The notes under the pieces are model-generated. The model had not been told where the DNA came from and did not search any database. It saw only the letters and a list, made by a program, of their open reading frames with translations. From Azolla caroliniana (taxonomy: Eukaryota; Plantae; Polypodiophyta), in the NCBI GenBank assembly GCA_043228905.1, contig JBHGNT010000284.1:1-39472 (forward strand): DNA of 39,472 nucleotides. Reading direction: 5' to 3'. Below are positions 35,201 through 39,472 of the stretch, one piece after another. Within the stretch, counting starts at the first letter, position 1, and the number at the start of each line of letters is the position of its first letter. The position numbers were made by a program, and so were the translations under genes.

Positions 35201-38200
35201 ACTTGTATAGCCATTGCTTGATTTGTATGAGTGACGGAGCTAAGAAAGTTGTGATGCGTCTCTGTTGACGAGCTGTTATGGTTACATTCTTGTCCTTCAG
35301 CAACTTGTCTCTATGCCTCAAGTTCAAAGCACTCTCAGTCTTGAATATTCCGTTACCTTGCATAGTGGGCCAAACCCGTGTTTGAAGAAGCAATGGTACC
35401 TCCCTTCTATTTCATAAAAAAATTATAATTTTGTACTCCCTGTCGTTTCCTATGGATATTATTTGCCTAAAAGGTTGGAGAACAATAGACCACCCTTCTG
35501 AGATTATGCATTGTAAATAAGAAATAATATGTACAATTGAAGTAAGAAGCATGTAGAGTATCAGAGGAAAATTTAATATTTTCTGGCAGGAGCATTGGCT
35601 TCAATATAGTCACTTAATAATGATAAATCGCGCTCCATGTGTAGGACGATTTCTGGCTGAGGTGACGAAGCAAGTTTTCCAGGATTTGGAACAAAGCAAG
35701 TATCAGGTATTCTTATCACTGCGTGATTATGTTTCTAATTGGACAATGAATCTTAATGTTTGTGGCTTTTAGATGAAAAACTAGAGTGAAAGTAATAAAA
35801 TAGTCTTGTGATTTCAGATATTAAAATGGTGTATTTATACTTTGTGGCACGCGAATCATAGTTCCATGAAATATGCATAAGATGATACATCTGCATGCCT
35901 TAAGCAAGGCATTTTCGTAGAACTAAAGTGATGCCATTGCATGCCTTCAACAAAGGCCCTAATTTTTTTTCTGTGAGCTTGCAGGATTTAACAGTTTATT
36001 ATCATTAAAATACTTTTTAAATTTTTAAATATCAGAGTCATATATTTGTAACTTCAATATTTAACATTTGATTGTTTTCTCACCAGAAATGGTATGCTGA
36101 TGTGTTAGTATTCTCTAATTGGTATGCTGATAGTATTTGGCAATATTCTCTAATTGTTAGAGACAGCCAACTTATTCTCTTTTCTAAATAATTTTAATTC
36201 AACCCACATCTCCCATTGAATGGAAACACATCTGCGGTGAAGGTGGAAAGATGGTCAAGTGAATGGTTTAAAAAGGGAGTCATGGTGAATGAGGGATTGT
36301 TTCTAAAGTGTATTTGTCTCATGTCCCTGAAGTGCTTTTTTAATGGACAAATAACAAGGCAAGTACCAGATCAGACGAAGTTCTTTGTGGTAAAGGAGGC
36401 CTTCGTGCATGCATCTCAAGGAGCAGGAAATATGACCACTTTCGTACTTAACAACTCAGAATGAATGACAAACATCTCTTTTGCATTGCAAGGAATTAGA
36501 AGTATGTGGCTGTCACTATACAAAATCAGGCTCAAGATGCAACTTGAACTCTTTGGTCTCTTGTAGCTACATAAAGCTGGATGAAAAGCTTTGAGGTAAT
36601 ATAGTGGCCAGTCTCTTGTAGCTACAAATATCATAATGATGAAAGCTATACAATGCTTTAGTACCATAGCTTCCACTGCAACAGGATGATGGTGTAATCC
36701 ACATTGTTCTGCTTCCGTAGGAGAGTGGTTCTCTCCTCTCTGGCTACAAGTCAATCAAGAGCTACCAACTGGGGCCTGAAGTAGAACACTTGAAAGGAGT
36801 TACAGTAGATCAGGCAATAGCAATGTATCGTGCATAATACATATAGGCCACGATAATCAGGATAATGACCCTGACATATAACTGGTCATTATCAACCCAC
36901 AATGTTGTGTCAAAGATTTCTCCATCTTGGAATGGCCTTATGTTGGAGATCTTTCCAAGCAGAAGTTTCAGTCTATCTAGGTTCAGAGCTTAGATAACGA
37001 GATTTTTTATTATCCTATATTTTTGCTTTGTTGTTCTCAAATATGAGATAACATTTTAAAGACATAATCTCTTGTTTGGTGTTATGTGCCATTTGGCCTC
37101 TTAAAAGACATTGATATATCATTCTTTCTTTCTGGTGAACTGTAAGAGAAATGCTACTTTTGGACAACATTCTTCCTGGCGCTGCCCAGTTTGACAAATA
37201 GAAGTAGATCTTTCATCTTATGAGGAGGTTTCATGCAGACTGTCTCTTTTCTCTCATTTTAGGCATGCTAGACAATGACATTGTGATCGTGGTAGTCTTC
37301 CGTTGATGGAGAGTTGGTCTTCCCCTTATCTGCATCGTTATTAACCACATACATTGTCCACCCATTCTGATAATATGTTTCCATCTCCCGATAAGGAAAT
37401 TGCAAAGCGGTTAAATAGATTGGGCAATAGGAGTTTGTCATGTACAGGCTCTGGTCTCATGGACAATGATCTCACCAGCCTTGCCTTTGACAAATAAAGG
37501 CATCACTGTGCTTTCATTGCTTTCTTTGGAGATCGTTCCATTTTGGACTGTCCTATGCTAGAGATCATTTGAAGATTTTTTCTTTTTCTATCTGACTTGA
37601 GAATTGTACGTGTAAAATAACAAGATTCTTTAGTTACTTTCATTTTTATTTACATTTATTTTGGATTTATGTTCTAAAAGACAAGATAACATTTTTTATC
37701 TTTGTAATTATTTATAGATGGCAGAGTATCGGATATCTATTTATGGCAGAAAACAAAGTGAGTGGGATCAACTTGCCAGCTGGTTTGTCAATAACGAATT
37801 GTACAGTGAAAATGTGATTTGGCTTATCCAGGTAGTATGGTGAATGTGCATTGTACATCAAATTCTACTAATAGTGTTTTTCCGTCTTTTCTCTGGATGA
37901 ATATATTCTTTTACCTAGCTATGTTTATGGAACAAGGATGAGAATCCTACGGATCAAGGGGTTTTCAATGTGTGGAACTTGCATAATTGATATTTATGTT
38001 CCAAAAACTGCATTTGTAAGGATCTGAAAAATGAGAATAAAATTACTGAAAAAAGATCATTTATGGATATATACTTGGAATAAAAAAGTCATGGATTTAA
38101 AACTAAAACTGCAACTGTCAACATGGTGTAGTGTATCATATTTTTCCAAACGCATAGTTAGAGACTTGACAATTCACATTCAAGAGTGCAAGACTGGCGA

Positions 38201-39462
38201 TCCTTTTAAAGTGCATCATAACTTTTGTTGGCTTACCTGTTGTATACCAAAATGTTATGTGGAGGAATTGACCTAAATCCATGAACTCCTATGCCTTAAA
38301 AATGGGGTACATGGTAGCATGGATCATGGGGAATAATATGTGAAGTCTTGTAACATAGATTTGACTGCTGTCCCCTAAATGTATCATTCATGGAGGGTCT
38401 GGATCTTTTCCATCTTGTTTCTGATACAGTCTGTGATCTGTTACACAATGCCTTGTCAATTATGTATGGCAGATGCTGAAATCTAACCTTTGATAAGGGG
38501 TGTGTAATGTTTCAACAGAGAAGAACGTGACTCCATGTCAGAACTGATGGCTTGGTTTCAAAAAATGCTCTTCAAAAGTACCATACCCTTAGAAGAAAAC
38601 TTGTAAATCATCTAGTATGAACTCACAATTTGGGGATTCTAGCTAAATCTGTCTGTCTTTATGCTACTGCCTGCAACACACAAGTTTTATTTGAGAGGGA
38701 TATCTATTAAAAACCTTGAACCATATGGGATCCCTGAAAGGACATCGAGTTTCTTATTGCAATCTAATTAAGATGCCGAAGCATGATAGAACAAAAATTA
38801 CCTTGTATACTACTGCTATTTCTTTGCCTATTCCATTTATATTTTACAGTTTATGTCAGCTGATTGTATAGGCTTTAAACTGCATGATTGTGATCTCATC
38901 AGGCATTTATTTTTTGTCCGTGCTAATTATTATTTGTATTTCCTTCCAGCTTCCACGTCTTTACAATATTTACAAAGAAATGGGGATTGTTAACTCATTT
39001 CAAAATATGCTGGATAATGTGTTCCTTCCTTTATTTGAAGTCACTGTTGACCCTAATTCTCATCCTCAGTTACATGTGTTCCTTGAGCAGGTAGGTTTTG
39101 TCTTTTGTTTTGAGGCTTCTCACATTATTATTTTGTGTTCTGTTTTCTTATTAAGGATATGGATTGTGTTTTCTATGTAGGTTGTGGGTTTTGACCTGGT
39201 GGACGATGAGAGTAAACCAGAGAGGCGACCAACTAAGCACATGCCAACACCTGATGATTGGAACATCATCTTTAATCCTGCATATTCTTATTACGCATAC
39301 TATGTGTATGCCAACCTTTATACACTGAACAAGGTATAAAGGCACCACCATTTTTCATTTATTTCTCATGGAAAGAAGTGTTTATGATAATTTTTTCCAA
39401 TTGTGAAGCTTCGTGAGTCGAAAGGGATGAGAATAATTAGGTTTCGACCTCATGCCGGTGAG
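29271..39462 (+). CDS. AMPD: AMP deaminase (plant AMPD/FAC1 homologue), 5' part; the gene continues past the window end
   Basis: Exons, all GT-AG with consistent phases: 29271-29667, 29764-29981, 30083-30275, 31543-31721, 31809-31860, 32870-32997, 33075-33254, 34302-34369, 34487-34629, 35645-35706, 37718-37831, 38950-39090, 39181-39333, 39409-39462. The N-terminal TM is [22 protein letters not shown]. Other motifs: [21 protein letters not shown], the zinc-binding [57 protein letters not shown] and FRPHAGE. Confidence 0.97.
30850..31128. repeat. Two-copy tandem duplication, 145-bp period, in AMPD intron 3
   Basis: agttggctcataata.ttatgagataatattgtta...gctggtttt at 30850 and 30995; about 90% identical by eye. 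Confidence 0.92.
31361..31394 (+). other. SMART/ISPCR or PacBio ultra-low-input primer sequence (probable library artefact)
   Basis: AAGCAGTGGTATC followed by AAGCAGTGGTATCAACGCAGA. The second part matches the first 21 nt of AAGCAGTGGTATCAACGCAGAGT exactly. Confidence 0.88.
34841..34918 (-). repeat. Copy of a dispersed ~70-bp intronic repeat (other copies at 9209-9271 +, 37051-37133 +, 6874-6912 -)
   Basis: Shared consensus: ttaagatgtaatctcttgtt...ttggcctcttaaaagaYRttaatatatc(a)tt(c)tttct. Confidence 0.72.
36200..37560 (-). mobile_element. Highly decayed LINE RT remnant in AMPD intron 10
   Basis: Reverse-strand traces in the expected order: SYCPIYLT (compare YRPISL), AAPGRM (compare F.PGR), KMEKSL (compare D.EKAFD), RGEN/PLS (compare QG.PLSP). 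Each trace is weak. Confidence 0.4.
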
Positions 39463-39472
39463 GTAAGTTTTT

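Noticed and set aside
4158-39472. Functional link or gene cluster between GT47 and AMPD
   Set aside because: The pathways are unrelated and the starts are more than 11 kb apart; nothing in the sequence supports co-regulation.

Overview
Eukaryotic land-plant nuclear DNA: AT-rich, with GT-AG introns. A non-seed plant such as a fern is a weak guess from protein divergence and LINE type. Two divergently oriented multi-exon genes are present. One is a complete 14-exon EGF-repeat/exostosin (GT47) type II membrane glycosyltransferase resembling Arabidopsis At3g57630 (minus, CDS 13751->4158, ~805 aa). The other is an AMP deaminase (AMPD/FAC1; plus, CDS from 29271, 14 coding exons seen, running off the right edge). 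Between them lies an intact, very young 5.5-kb Ty1/copia element (17567-23050; near-identical LTRs, tRNAiMet PBS, PPT, AGACC TSD, 1338-aa gag-pol) that split an older L1 zinc-finger remnant. Also present: a 1-kb pogo-like TIR element, a decayed copia carrying three ~177-bp tandem repeats, several decayed LINE fragments, a dispersed ~70-bp repeat and several two-copy intronic duplications. An AMPD intron contains a 21-nt exact match to the SMART/PacBio-ULI amplification primer, probably an assembly artefact. I found no convincing new multi-gene system; the best leads are the copia's regulatory design and the TE families. All homology calls come from remembered motifs, not database searches.
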